DNA of 64,000 nt, from the NCBI GenBank assembly GCA_900313705.1, contig OMSJ01000001.1:15115-79114 (forward strand), in the 5' to 3' direction. This stretch comes from an uncultured Prevotellaceae bacterium (lineage in GTDB: Bacteria > Bacteroidota > Bacteroidia > Bacteroidales > Bacteroidaceae). Both the position numbers and the translations under genes were made by a program. Shown one piece after another: positions 1 through 9,620 of this stretch. Position 1 is the first letter of the stretch. Each line of letters starts with the position of its first letter. Under the pieces are notes generated by a model. The model saw nothing but the letters and a program-made list of their open reading frames with translations, ran no database searches and had not been told where the DNA came from.

Positions 1-32
1 TGAGCCCATGTAGCCTATGAGGATGATACTCT

Positions 33-2378
33 TCATTTACGTGGGAAGCGACGTTTGGTTGGCTTTGCCGCAGGCTTTTCACCTTGACCATTGATAATCT
101 GCATACACTCTTCGTAGGTCAGGTCTCTGGCGTGTTCATGCATTGCCTTCGGCAGACGATAGTTCGTGCCCTGATAAGCGATATATGGACCGTAACGGCC
201 ATTCAGCACTTCCAGCTCTGCATCCTCGCTGAAGCTCTTGAGGTGGCGCTCTGCCTCCTCGACGTGCTTGCGGTGCATCATGATAACAGCCTGCTCAAAG
301 GTTATCCCCATCGGATCGGTATCCTTGGGAATAGAGACATAAGAACCTCTGTGGGAGACATAGGGGCCGAACTTGCCGGCACCGATGACGATGGGCTCGC
401 CCTCGTACATACCAAGCTTACGCGGCAACCGGAAGAGCTCAAGGGCTTCCTCCAGGGTTATGGTCTCGAGCTTCTGACCTGCTGAGAGCTGTGCAAAGCG
501 AGGCTTCTGACCAGTAGATGTTCCGCCCATCTGTACCACAGGACCGAACCGACCAATCTTCACCGTTACCGGTGCACCGGTCTCAGGGTCGGTGCCAAGC
601 ATACGCTCGCCCACCTTGTGCTCCGTGCGAGTGTTGACAGACTTCTCTACCAAAGGCTCGAAGCCTTCATAGAACTTACGCACGACTCCCTCCCATTCGA
701 TTCTTCCTTCTGCTATTTCATCGAACTCCTTCTCTATGTCAGCAGTGAAGTTGTAGTCCATGATTTCGGGGAAGTTCTCTTTGAGGAAATCGTTCACGAC
801 GATGCCCGTGTCCGTAGGCAGCAACTTGCCTCGCTCCTGACCCACAATTGTCGTATGTGACTCTTTGACCACTTCATCGCCCGTGAGCGTAAGGGTCTGG
901 AAGACGCGCTCTTCTCCGGGCTTATCTCCCTTCTCTACATATTCGCGCTGCTGAATGGTGGTGATGGTGGTGGCATAAGTGCTTGGACGACCGATGCCGA
1001 GTTCTTCAAGCTTGCGCACCAGGCTGGCCTCGTTGTATCGGATGGGACGCTGAGAGAAGCGCTGAGTAGCCACAATCTGTTCGCGGCTGAGCTGCTCGCC
1101 CACCGTCATAGCAGGCAGAGTGGTCAGGTTCTCGTTGTCACCCTCGCCTTCATTATAGCCGTCACTGTTCATGTCACTATAGACACGCAGGAAGCCATCG
1201 AACTTGATGACCTCGCCATCTGCCTCGAAGGTCTCCTCTTTGCCGTTGATGCTGATGGTTACTTGCGTACGCTCCAGTTCAGCATCTGCCATTTGGCAAG
1301 CAATGGTTCGCTTCCAGATGAGGTCATAGAGACGACGCTCCTGCTGAGTGCCCTCAATCTGCTGCTGATTCATATAGGTGGGACGGATGGCTTCGTGAGC
1401 CTCCTGTGCGCCCTTTGAACTCGTATGATACTGACGCGTCTTCACGTATTCCTCGCCCATCTGTTCGGCAATGACACTCCTGCTTGCATTCAGACAGAGT
1501 TTGCTCAGGTTGACGCTGTCGGTACGCATGTAAGTGATGCGACCGTTTTCGTAGAGATGCTGAGCTACCATCATAGTCTGAGCTACGGTAAAGCCTAACT
1601 TGTGGGCCGCTTCTTGCTGCAGCGTACTGGTCGTGAAGGGGGGAGCCGGGGTACGCTTCACTGGCTTTGTCGTGATGTCCTGGACCGTAAAGTTGCAACC
1701 TTTGCAACTCTCCAGGAAAGCCTGTGCCTCCTCTATGGTGGGAAAACGACGGCTGAGCTCTGCCTTCACTTCGCTGCCATCGGCATTGCGGAAGACGGCT
1801 GTGACACGGTAATTCTCTTCGGGACAGAAATCCTCTATCTCGCGCTCACGCTCCACGATGAGGCGCACGGCAACGCTCTGGACACGACCTGCTGAAAGGC
1901 TCGGCTTGACCTTGCGCCAAAGCACAGGACTGAGCTTGAAGCCAACGATGCGGTCCAGTACGCGACGTGCCTGCTGAGCATTCACCAGATTGAGGTCTAT
2001 CTGCCTCGGATGCTCTATGGCCTCCAAGATGGCAGGCTTCGTGATTTCGTGAAAAACGATACGACGCGTGTTTTCAGGCTTGAGGCCGAGCACTTCGTAA
2101 AGGTGCCAGCTGATGGCTTCTCCTTCGCGGTCTTCATCGGATGCAAGCCATACCATACTCGCCTGCTGTGCCTGTCCCTTCAGCAACGCAACCACTTTAG
2201 CCTTGTCGGCAGGGACTTCATATTGAGGGGCAAAGGTCTTTTCATCTACACTGAACGATTTCTTCTTCAGGTCGCGTATATGCCCATAGCTTGACAGGAC
2301 CTTATACTTGTCGCCCAAGAACTTCTCGATAGTCTTAGCCTTTGCAGGACTCTCCACGATTACAAGATTTTCCTTCAT
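33..2378 (-). CDS. topA: DNA topoisomerase I
   Basis: 781-aa ORF. N-terminal Toprim signature MKENLVIVESPAKAKTIEKFLG and acidic DEDREGE cluster. Full type IA architecture with a basic C-terminal tail. Confidence 0.95.
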   Translation of the reverse strand: MKENLVIVESPAKAKTIEKFLGDKYKVLSSYGHIRDLKKKSFSVDEKTFAPQYEVPADKAKVVALLKGQAQQASMVWLASDEDREGEAISWHLYEVLGLKPENTRRIVFHEITKPAILEAIEHPRQIDLNLVNAQQARRVLDRIVGFKLSPVLWRKVKPSLSAGRVQSVAVRLIVEREREIEDFCPEENYRVTAVFRNADGSEVKAELSRRFPTIEEAQAFLESCKGCNFTVQDITTKPVKRTPAPPFTTSTLQQEAAHKLGFTVAQTMMVAQHLYENGRITYMRTDSVNLSKLCLNASRSVIAEQMGEEYVKTRQYHTSSKGAQEAHEAIRPTYMNQQQIEGTQQERRLYDLIWKRTIACQMADAELERTQVTISINGKEETFEADGEVIKFDGFLRVYSDMNSDGYNEGEGDNENLTTLPAMTVGEQLSREQIVATQRFSQRPIRYNEASLVRKLEELGIGRPSTYATTITTIQQREYVEKGDKPGEERVFQTLTLTGDEVVKESHTTIVGQERGKLLPTDTGIVVNDFLKENFPEIMDYNFTADIEKEFDEIAEGRIEWEGVVRKFYEGFEPLVEKSVNTRTEHKVGERMLGTDPETGAPVTVKIGRFGPVVQMGGTSTGQKPRFAQLSAGQKLETITLEEALELFRLPRKLGMYEGEPIVIGAGKFGPYVSHRGSYVSIPKDTDPMGITFEQAVIMMHRKHVEEAERHLKSFSEDAELEVLNGRYGPYIAYQGTNYRLPKAMHEHARDLTYEECMQIINGQGEKPAAKPTKRRFPRK

Positions 2379-2597
2379 TGTCTATTCGTTTTGTCATTTA
2401 GTCATTGAGTCGCCTGGCAAAGACATCGAGCTCGGCAGGGAATCGAAGCCCATGCGACCAAGCGACTTATTGCCAAACGGCCAATTGCGGCTGCAAAGGT
2501 AATGTATTTTTTTCAATCTACACATTATTTATTAAGAAAATGACCCCTTAGGCATAAAAATATCTGTCCTTTGTTCTCATGTCTGAAGTTTTTTCGC

Positions 2598-2605
2598 TAT
2601 TTTTG
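2598..2605 (+). promoter_or_regulatory. Bacteroidota sigma-A -7 box (TATTTTTG) for the YpfJ-like gene
   Basis: Matches the TAnnTTTG consensus, 36 nt upstream of the ATG at 2641. Confidence 0.55.
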
Positions 2606-2640
2606 CAGGCAACGAAGCATAAATCTTAAACCATACTATT

Positions 2641-3513
2641 ATGAAACTGACTGGAAGAAGAGAAAGTACCAACGTTGACGACCGCCGCGGAATGTCTGCT
2701 GCCAAGATGGGTGGCATCGGCGGCATCGGTGGCATCATCATTGCCCTATTGCTAACATTTCTGTCCAAGGGCAACCTTGACCTGACCGACATCGTCAGCA
2801 ATGTCGGGATGATGGGCAACGTCACGGAACAGGCTGAGGGAGGCCGCGAGTTTACTGCCGAAGAGCAAGAGCTCGCCAAGTTCTCAAAGCAGATTCTTGC
2901 CGGGACGGAAGACGTCTGGGCAGAAGAGTTCAAGAAACTGGGACGCACCTACGAGCCTCCGAAGATGGTGCTTTACACGGGAAGCGTACAGACTGGCTGC
3001 GGCAACGGGCAGTCGAGCATGGGTCCCTTCTATTGTTCTGCTGACCAATGCCTCTACATCGACCTCTCGTTCTTTACGTCGATGAAGCAGCAACTGGGTG
3101 CCGACGGCGACTTTGCCTATGCCTATGTCATTGCTCACGAAGTGGGACACCACGTGGAATACCTGCTTGGTACGCTTGGCAAGGTGCACCAGCAGATGTC
3201 GAGACTCAGCGAGACGGAGGCCAACAAGCTGAGTGTCCGCCTGGAACTTCTTGCCGACTTCTATGCAGGCGTCTGGGCTTATCACGACAACGAGATGTTC
3301 GGCAGCTTGGAGGACGGCGACCTGGAGGAAGCCATCCGCTGTGCACAGGTCATCGGCGACAACTACCTTCAGGAGAAAGCCCGTGGCTATTCGCAGCCTG
3401 AGACCTTCACCCACGGCACCAGCAAGCAGCGCATGAAATGGCTGAAGCTCGGCCTCAGCACTGGCGACATCCGCAAAGGCACCACTTTCCAGTGCAGCGA
3501 TGCTGAGCTCTAA
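2641..3513 (+). CDS. YpfJ-family neutral zinc metallopeptidase, membrane anchored
   Basis: 290 aa. Gly-rich N-terminal TM segment (GGIGGIGGIIIALLL) and HExxH motif IAHEVGHHVE. Resembles the YpfJ/PF04228 family from memory. Confidence 0.85.
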   Translation: MKLTGRRESTNVDDRRGMSAAKMGGIGGIGGIIIALLLTFLSKGNLDLTDIVSNVGMMGNVTEQAEGGREFTAEEQELAKFSKQILAGTEDVWAEEFKKLGRTYEPPKMVLYTGSVQTGCGNGQSSMGPFYCSADQCLYIDLSFFTSMKQQLGADGDFAYAYVIAHEVGHHVEYLLGTLGKVHQQMSRLSETEANKLSVRLELLADFYAGVWAYHDNEMFGSLEDGDLEEAIRCAQVIGDNYLQEKARGYSQPETFTHGTSKQRMKWLKLGLSTGDIRKGTTFQCSDAEL

Positions 3514-3555
3514 GTCCAGCCGTCCTGACATCAATATCGAATCTAATACTGCGCG

Positions 3556-4473
3556 ATGATGAAACACGGAATAACGCTCATTGCCTTACTGCTGCTCTCA
3601 TGCCTGACGATTTGTTCGCAGGACAATACGATGACCTTACGGTTAATGACCTACAACATTCGTCATGGAGCAGGAATGGATGACGTCATTGACTTGGACC
3701 GTCAGGCGAATGTCATTCGGGATGCCGCCCCGGACGTCGTAGGACTGCAGGAAGTGGATAGCTGCGTGAAACGCTCCGGGTACATCCCCGAGGCGGCAGT
3801 CTTAGGCAACAAGCTTGGCATGTACAGCACGTTCGGCCCTGCCATTCCCCTGACGGGCGGCAAGTATGGCGTTGCCATCTTGAGCAAGGAGCGTCCGCTG
3901 TCCGTCCGCAACATCCCTTTGCCCGGAACAGAGAAAAGGACCCTGCTGGTGTGTGAGTTCGAAGAATATGTGTTCGCCACCACCCATCTCGACCTTACAG
4001 AGGAGAACCGTCTTGCATCCCTGCCCATCATCATCGAGGAAGCAACGCGGTGGGACAAGCCCTTCTTCATCTGCGGCGACTGGAACGACACGCCTTCTTC
4101 CACCCTCATCAAGACCATGAAGAAATCCTTCTTCTTCATAAACAATACCACAGACAACTCTGCCAACTACACCTTCCCGGCACGCACACCGAAAAGCATC
4201 ATCGACTACATAGCCAGCTACGGCAAGGCCTTCACGTCGATAAGGAGTCGCAAAGTCATCAACGAACCCGAAGCCTCTGACCATAGGCCCGTAATCGTGG
4301 AAATCAAGCTCGAACGCTACTCGACCGGCATCCAAGCACCGGATGAGAGCACCGGACTCACTAAGGACGAGAAGATCTACGACCTTAGCGGCAAGCAGAT
4401 AGTAAAGCGTGACAGACTTCCTAAAGGCATCTATATCCTGAAGAACAAGAAGATAAAGATACAAAAGAATTAA
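3556..4473 (+). CDS. Endonuclease/exonuclease/phosphatase (EEP) family protein with T9SS-type C-terminal tail
   Basis: 305 aa with a signal peptide. EEP N-terminal motif LRLMTYNIRHGAG...VVGLQEVDS and C-terminal SDHRPV. Tail KIYDLSGKQIV..GIYILKNKKIKI looks like a Por/T9SS sorting domain. Paralogous to the EEP domain of 60725-63472. Confidence 0.8.
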   Translation: MMKHGITLIALLLLSCLTICSQDNTMTLRLMTYNIRHGAGMDDVIDLDRQANVIRDAAPDVVGLQEVDSCVKRSGYIPEAAVLGNKLGMYSTFGPAIPLTGGKYGVAILSKERPLSVRNIPLPGTEKRTLLVCEFEEYVFATTHLDLTEENRLASLPIIIEEATRWDKPFFICGDWNDTPSSTLIKTMKKSFFFINNTTDNSANYTFPARTPKSIIDYIASYGKAFTSIRSRKVINEPEASDHRPVIVEIKLERYSTGIQAPDESTGLTKDEKIYDLSGKQIVKRDRLPKGIYILKNKKIKIQKN

Positions 4474-4482
4474 AGCGAAACG

Positions 4483-5202
4483 ATGAAGATAGGCGACCAG
4501 GTGCGCTTCCTCTCCGAGGTGGGAGGAGGCAGAGTGAGTGGCTTCCAGGGGAAGAACATTGTCCTTGTCGAGGATGAGGACGGGTTTGAAATTCCGATGC
4601 TGGTGCAGGATGTCGTGGTTGTCGGCAACGAGGAATACGACAGCAGCAAGGTGAATACGATAGAGAGGGAAAAGCCTCTCTCCAAGACTCCCATCAAAGC
4701 GAGGGAACAAGAAGACCATGAAGAGAAGCCGATTACTTTCAAGCCAAAGCCTCTCGAAAGGCGTGAGGGGGAACGGCTCAACCTTTACCTGTCTTTCCTG
4801 CCAGACGACATCAAGGAAATCTCCAGCACGGGCTTCGAGTCGTACCTTGTGAACGACAGCAACTACTACATGCAGGTATCGTTGCTCAGCGCGGAAGGTG
4901 CGAGCTGGCATCTGCGCTTCTGCGGTGTCCTGGAGCCCAACAGCAAGCTCTTTGTAGAGGCTTTCGACCGCATGCAGGTCAACGACTTGGAACATCTATG
5001 CGTACAGGCCATCGCCTGGAAGCAGGACAAGCCGTTCCAACTGAAGCCTGCCATAACAACAGAACTTCGCCTCAACCTGACGAAGTTCTATAAACTGCAT
5101 GTCTTCCACCCAAATGAGTTCTTTGGTGAACCCAACTGGACGGAAGACATTATCCGTGACGACAAGCCTGTGCGCAGTGCCTGGTCGATACAGGAGTCTT
5201 AG
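4483..5202 (+). CDS. DUF2027-like conserved hypothetical protein
   Basis: 239 aa. The N-terminus MKIGDQVRFLSEVGGGRVSGFQGKNIVLVEDEDGFEIPML matches my recollection of Bacteroidales DUF2027 proteins. The TAG stop is the first unit of the GGTTAGA repeat array. Confidence 0.55.
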   Translation: MKIGDQVRFLSEVGGGRVSGFQGKNIVLVEDEDGFEIPMLVQDVVVVGNEEYDSSKVNTIEREKPLSKTPIKAREQEDHEEKPITFKPKPLERREGERLNLYLSFLPDDIKEISSTGFESYLVNDSNYYMQVSLLSAEGASWHLRFCGVLEPNSKLFVEAFDRMQVNDLEHLCVQAIAWKQDKPFQLKPAITTELRLNLTKFYKLHVFHPNEFFGEPNWTEDIIRDDKPVRSAWSIQES

Positions 5203-5346
5203 AGGTGGTTAGAGGTAAGAGGTTAGAGGTTAGGGGTTAGAGGTTAGAGGTTAGGGGTTAGAGGTTAGGGGTTAGAGGAATGTTTCGGGCTTTGATAACA
5301 GCCCCAAAGTATTCTCTAACCCCTAACCTCTTACCTCTTACCACTA
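5201..5346. repeat. Hairpin element with GGTTAGA/GGTTAGG heptamer-repeat arms, copy 1
   Basis: The left arm at 5201-5278 is about 11 tandem heptamers. The right arm at 5311-5346 is the complementary array. It starts on the TAG stop of the + gene and ends 4 nt from the stop of the - gene. Confidence 0.9.
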
Positions 5347-5349
5347 AAA

Positions 5350-6426
5350 TTAGCTTTTCGGGTCGCCGAACTTAGTGTCCGTATGCATACGTCGCATTGC
5401 AGCGACATCTTCACGCGGGCAAATCATTAGAATTTCACCTTCTTCTGCCACGACATAGTCATGCAGGTCCTTGATGACTGCCGTACGTCCCTTCGGCAGG
5501 CGAATGACGTTACCGGAGCATTCATAGAGAAGGGCTTCGGAGTCGAGCATGACGTTGCCTTTGTCGTCAGCAGGAACATCCTTGCCAATGCTGGCCCACG
5601 TACCGATGTCCGCCCAACCGAAGTGTCCACGCTGCACATAGACTTGGCTGCTACGCTCCAGGATGCTGATGTCCATGTTGTAATTGGGCAACATGCTGAA
5701 GCACTCGGGCACGAGCTTCGGGTCGTTGTTCTCGGCCTCAGCCATCATGCGTGGAATCTCCACTCTGTACTCGGGCACGAGCATGAAGAGGTTGTCGAGC
5801 ATGACGTGGGAGCTGAAGCAGAGCAGACCGGTGTTCCACAGGAAGTTGCCTTCCTGCATGAAGATGTTGGCAAACTCGTGATTGGGCTTTTCGGTAAACG
5901 ACTTGACGGGGAAGATGTCACCTGAGAGCGGCTTTTCGTCGTCCATCTGGATGTAGCCGTATCCCGTTTCGGGTCGTGAGGGTGTAATGCCCATGACGAG
6001 CAGCCCTTCGTTCTTGCCGACAAACTCCAGTCCTGCGAGTACGTCCTGCCTGTAGGTTTCCTCTTTGAGGATAATCTGGTCGGAAGGGGTGACGAACAGT
6101 GTTGCCTGCGGGTCCTGCTTTGCTACGAAGACCGAGCCCCAGGCTACAGCGGCCAGGGTTCCTCTGCGCAGCGGCTCTTCCAGGATGTGCATATCGTCCA
6201 CCTCAGGCAACTGCTCATAGACGAGTGGCAGGTAAGCCACATTCGTGCTGACGTAGATGTGGGAAGGGTCGATGAATTGTGCGACGCGGTCGTAGGTCTG
6301 CTGCAGCAGGGTGCGGCCCGTGCCGAAGAGGTCGAGGAACTGCTTGGGTTTCACAGTTCTGCTGATAGGCCAGAGTCGGCTTCCGTTGCCGCCTGCCAGG
6401 ATGATACAGTATTTGTTGTCGGCCAT
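5350..6426 (-). CDS. Mannose-1-phosphate guanylyltransferase (nucleotidyltransferase)
   Basis: N-terminal NTP-transferase motif CIILAGGNGSRLWPISR. I moved the start to MADNKY at 6426 because the longer ORF overlaps the upstream gene, whose stop is at 6431. Confidence 0.85.
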   Translation of the reverse strand: MADNKYCIILAGGNGSRLWPISRTVKPKQFLDLFGTGRTLLQQTYDRVAQFIDPSHIYVSTNVAYLPLVYEQLPEVDDMHILEEPLRRGTLAAVAWGSVFVAKQDPQATLFVTPSDQIILKEETYRQDVLAGLEFVGKNEGLLVMGITPSRPETGYGYIQMDDEKPLSGDIFPVKSFTEKPNHEFANIFMQEGNFLWNTGLLCFSSHVMLDNLFMLVPEYRVEIPRMMAEAENNDPKLVPECFSMLPNYNMDISILERSSQVYVQRGHFGWADIGTWASIGKDVPADDKGNVMLDSEALLYECSGNVIRLPKGRTAVIKDLHDYVVAEEGEILMICPREDVAAMRRMHTDTKFGDPKS

Positions 6427-6430
6427 GAGT

Positions 6431-7123
6431 TTAGCGCAGTTTCTTGATGACGGGCAGCAGGAGGTTCTCCATGACGGCATAGCCAGCGGCATTGGGGTGT
6501 ACGCCGGGATTGTCGTTAGCCAGTTCAGCCTTCATGGCAGTACCTTCGGCATTGACCATAGCGCTGAAGTAATCGACGTAGGGAATCTTGTTGGCCTGTG
6601 CGTAAGCCTTGACGCGTTCATTGAGCTTGCGTATCTTGTCCATGCTGTCGGTGATGGACGGACGCCAACTGAAGCCGCCTGCGGGAAGGCAACTGGTGAG
6701 GATGACCTTGCACTTGTGGTAGCGTGCCAGCTCGACCATCGAGAGGACGTTGCCGTAGGTGAGGTCTTCGTCGTATGCACCGGTGTTCTCAGCGATGTCG
6801 TTGGTGCCGTAGTTGATGACAACGACCTTTGGCTGCAGGTTGATGACGTCTTCGCGGAAGCGGAGGAGGAACTGGTAGCTGGTCTGTCCGCCGATGCCTC
6901 GACCGATGAGGTTGTTGTCCTTGAAGAACTCTGGCCTTGTGCGTGGCCATCCGTCGGTGATGGAGTTGCCCATGAGGACGACGCGCTTCTCGCCTTTGGC
7001 AGGAGCGCCGAGTTCTTTATTGGCGCCGGCATAGCGCTTCCAGTTGGCAAAATCATGTTTCTGTGCCTGTGTGCCGAGTGCGATGCAGAGCAAAGCGACG
7101 GCGGTGATGAGTCTAGTTTTCAT
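6431..7123 (-). CDS. SGNH/GDSL-family hydrolase (secreted)
   Basis: 230 aa with a signal peptide. Block I VVLMGNSITDGW (GDS-like Ser), block III GTNDI, and a C-terminal D..H-type region. Confidence 0.85.
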   Translation of the reverse strand: MKTRLITAVALLCIALGTQAQKHDFANWKRYAGANKELGAPAKGEKRVVLMGNSITDGWPRTRPEFFKDNNLIGRGIGGQTSYQFLLRFREDVINLQPKVVVINYGTNDIAENTGAYDEDLTYGNVLSMVELARYHKCKVILTSCLPAGGFSWRPSITDSMDKIRKLNERVKAYAQANKIPYVDYFSAMVNAEGTAMKAELANDNPGVHPNAAGYAVMENLLLPVIKKLR

Positions 7124-7146
7124 GATGCTTTATTATTGAGGTCTTT

Positions 7147-7184
7147 GGTTATGACGTTATAACATTATTTCGTTATGACGACGG
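7147..7184. repeat. GTTATGAC-type octamer micro-array, copy 1
   Basis: GGTTATGACGTTATAACATTATTTCGTTATGACGACGG, in the spacer between two co-directional genes. Confidence 0.85.
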
Positions 7185-7193
7185 TTAGTTTCA

Positions 7194-7586
7194 TCAAAAG
7201 GCTTTGCGGATGCTTTCTGCTATCTGCTGGAATTCCTCGGGCGTGAGCTGGAGGTGTGGGTTGGTGAACCGCATGTCGGCTTCGGACTGCATGGGTACGA
7301 GATGGATGTGGGCGTGTGGCACTTCGAGTCCGAGCACGCACTGTCCGACCTTGACGCAGGGTATGGCCTTCTTGATGGCACGGGCCACCTTCTTGGCAAA
7401 GACTTGGAGTCCGGCCAGCTCATCGTCTTCGAGGTCGAAGATGTAATCGACTTCGCGTTTGGGTATCACAAGGGTATGTCCCTTTTGCAGGGGGCTGATG
7501 TCGAGGAAGGCATAGTAACGGTCGTCCTCTGCTATCTTGTAGCTGGGTATCTCGCCTGCTACGATACGGGAAAAGATGCTTGCCAT
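7194..7586 (-). CDS. HIT-family nucleotide hydrolase
   Basis: Histidine triad HAHIHLVPM and GHTLVIPK motif. Start set at MASIFSRIVAGEIP (7586), the usual HIT N-terminus. Confidence 0.9.
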   Translation of the reverse strand: MASIFSRIVAGEIPSYKIAEDDRYYAFLDISPLQKGHTLVIPKREVDYIFDLEDDELAGLQVFAKKVARAIKKAIPCVKVGQCVLGLEVPHAHIHLVPMQSEADMRFTNPHLQLTPEEFQQIAESIRKAF

Positions 7587-7758
7587 AATGATATTAGGAG
7601 TTATAAGTGAAGTTAAAAGGGGAGTCAACTCGCTTCGCTCGTGGAAGTTAATTCACTATGTTCATGGACGATAGTTTCTTTTTTGCCATGTTGTTTTGTC
7701 CGGCACGAAGTGCTTAACTTCCTATATTACTTCCATGAGCAACGCGGATTTACTTCTT

Positions 7759-8226
7759 TTAGTCGAAATTGATGCTTACGACTTCGAGCTGGATGGTGCC
7801 TTGCGGTACTTTGATTTCAGCAATGTCGCCTACCTTCTTGCCGAGCAATCCTTTGGCGATAGGTGTTTCCACGCTGATCTTGCCGCTCTTGAGGTCGGCT
7901 TCTGTAGCGCTGACGATGGTGTATTTCATCGTCATCTTGTTCTTCACGTTGCGCAGCTCTACGGTAGAGAGGATCTGGACGGTGCTGGTGTCGAGGTGTG
8001 TGGTGTCGATGATTTTAGCCTCGATGATGGTTTTCTTCAGCATGGCAATCTCGGTCTCGAGCTTGCCCTGATGCTCTTTAGCAGCGTCGTACTCTGCATT
8101 TTCCGATAGGTCTCCTTTGTCGCGAGCCTCTGCGATGGCAGCACTGGCGGCAGGTCGGTCCACGCTCTCCATGTGCTGCAGTTTGGCCACGAGCTCGTCG
8201 TAGCCCTTTTGTGTCATGTAAGCCAT
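7759..8226 (-). CDS. greA: Transcription elongation factor GreA
   Basis: 155 aa. GDLSENAEYDAAKE coiled-coil signature and a C-terminal FKBP-like domain. Confidence 0.95.
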   Translation of the reverse strand: MAYMTQKGYDELVAKLQHMESVDRPAASAAIAEARDKGDLSENAEYDAAKEHQGKLETEIAMLKKTIIEAKIIDTTHLDTSTVQILSTVELRNVKNKMTMKYTIVSATEADLKSGKISVETPIAKGLLGKKVGDIAEIKVPQGTIQLEVVSINFD

Positions 8227-8489
8227 TTATAGTTTGTTTTAGTTATACATTATCTATATTATAGAGCCTTCCACTTTTTGGCGAGGCGCGAAAAAAATAA
8301 GAATCCCGACTGCCTAAGTCGGAACCCTTCATCTTTTCCCTGTTTTTTGTTTTACCGAATGCAAAGTTAGGAACTTTTTCTTAATCTGCAAACATTTTAC
8401 AAGAAAATTTCACTCCTGTGCATGTTTTTCCCTCCTTTTGAGGGAGTCGGAAAGGGGTTCACACCGTAAAAACCGACGGAAAGTTGCCT

Positions 8490-9620
8490 TTACCGTTTCA
8501 GTTTGTACTTGCCACCGACGAGCATCTGGACAGCCCCCTTCATTTCGAGTGTAAAAAGTAGGCTTGATAGCTGACTTACAGGGACATCCGTCTCGACGGA
8601 AAGGACGTTTATCTGTACGCCGTCGCTCTGGGACAAAGCCTTCAGGATGCGTTGCTCCTCAGGTGTGTAGTCCACGAAGAGTTCCTGCTGGATGCCTTCC
8701 TCTGCCAGCATTTGCCTGTGCTGCATGTCGTCGGTCCATCCCATGGCGAGGCAGAAGTCTTTGGCATCTGTGAGCAGCGAGGCTTTGTTCGAGAAGATGA
8801 GCTGGTTGCAGCCTGAGGAGTAGGTATCGTAGATGCGTCCGGGGAAGGCCCACACCTGCCGGTTGTAGCTCAGGGCGATGTCGGCTGTGATGAGCGAACC
8901 GCCTTTTGCTGCGCTCTCTACGACGACGACGGCGTCTGCCATACCTGCCACGATGCGGTTGCGCTGCACGAAGTTCCGCTTGTCGATGGCCGTGCCGGAC
9001 ATGTATTCCGTGAGCAGTCCGCCCTGCCCGACCATTTGCTTTGCCGTCTCGCGGTGCATCCTGGGATATATCTGGTCCAGGCCGTGAGCCAGGACGCCCA
9101 CCGTCGGGAGTCCGTCCTCCAAGGCTGCCCTGTGGCAATGTACATCGACGCCATAGGCCAGACCGCTTACCACGAGTGCATCGGGGCAGAGGCTCTTCAG
9201 GTCGGCGACGAAGGAGCGGCAGAGGTCCTTGCCGTAGCTGGTGATCTGTCGGGTGCCGACCATGCTGACGACGTGGCGGGCATTGAGGTCGGCTGTGCCC
9301 ATGCTGTAGAGCAGGACGGGCGCATCGGGGCAGTCCCTCAGGCGTTGGGGATAGTCCTCATCGGTCAAGCCAAGGCAACGGATGCCACTTTTCCGACAGA
9401 AGTCCAGCTCCTGCGCAGCACGCTGCAGATAGCTGTCCATCGCGGCGATGGCTGCGCAAGTGTTTTGCGAAGCGGCAGGCAGCAGGTCTTTTGCCGCATG
9501 GCGGTTCTCATAGACAGCCGTAGCTGAGCCTATCTCCTCGACGAGCAGATGCAGGTTCGTCAGGCTGAGCGAAGACACCTGCGTCAGCGCCATCATGTAT
9601 AGGGTTTCCTGGTCGGTCAT
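8490..9620 (-). CDS. dprA: DNA-processing protein DprA/Smf
   Basis: 376 aa. Rossmann-like DprA core (VSGLAYGVDVHCHRAAL, GGSLITA) and a C-terminal winged-helix region. Confidence 0.9.
   Translation of the reverse strand: MTDQETLYMMALTQVSSLSLTNLHLLVEEIGSATAVYENRHAAKDLLPAASQNTCAAIAAMDSYLQRAAQELDFCRKSGIRCLGLTDEDYPQRLRDCPDAPVLLYSMGTADLNARHVVSMVGTRQITSYGKDLCRSFVADLKSLCPDALVVSGLAYGVDVHCHRAALEDGLPTVGVLAHGLDQIYPRMHRETAKQMVGQGGLLTEYMSGTAIDKRNFVQRNRIVAGMADAVVVVESAAKGGSLITADIALSYNRQVWAFPGRIYDTYSSGCNQLIFSNKASLLTDAKDFCLAMGWTDDMQHRQMLAEEGIQQELFVDYTPEEQRILKALSQSDGVQINVLSVETDVPVSQLSSLLFTLEMKGAVQMLVGGKYKLKR

Noticed and set aside
3802-4995. 397-aa ORF on the minus strand overlapping the EEP and DUF2027-like genes
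   Set aside because: It is antisense to two ORFs with clear family motifs. The composition is low-complexity and Arg/Gly/Val/Ala-rich, typical of shadow frames in GC-rich coding DNA. It has no start context.
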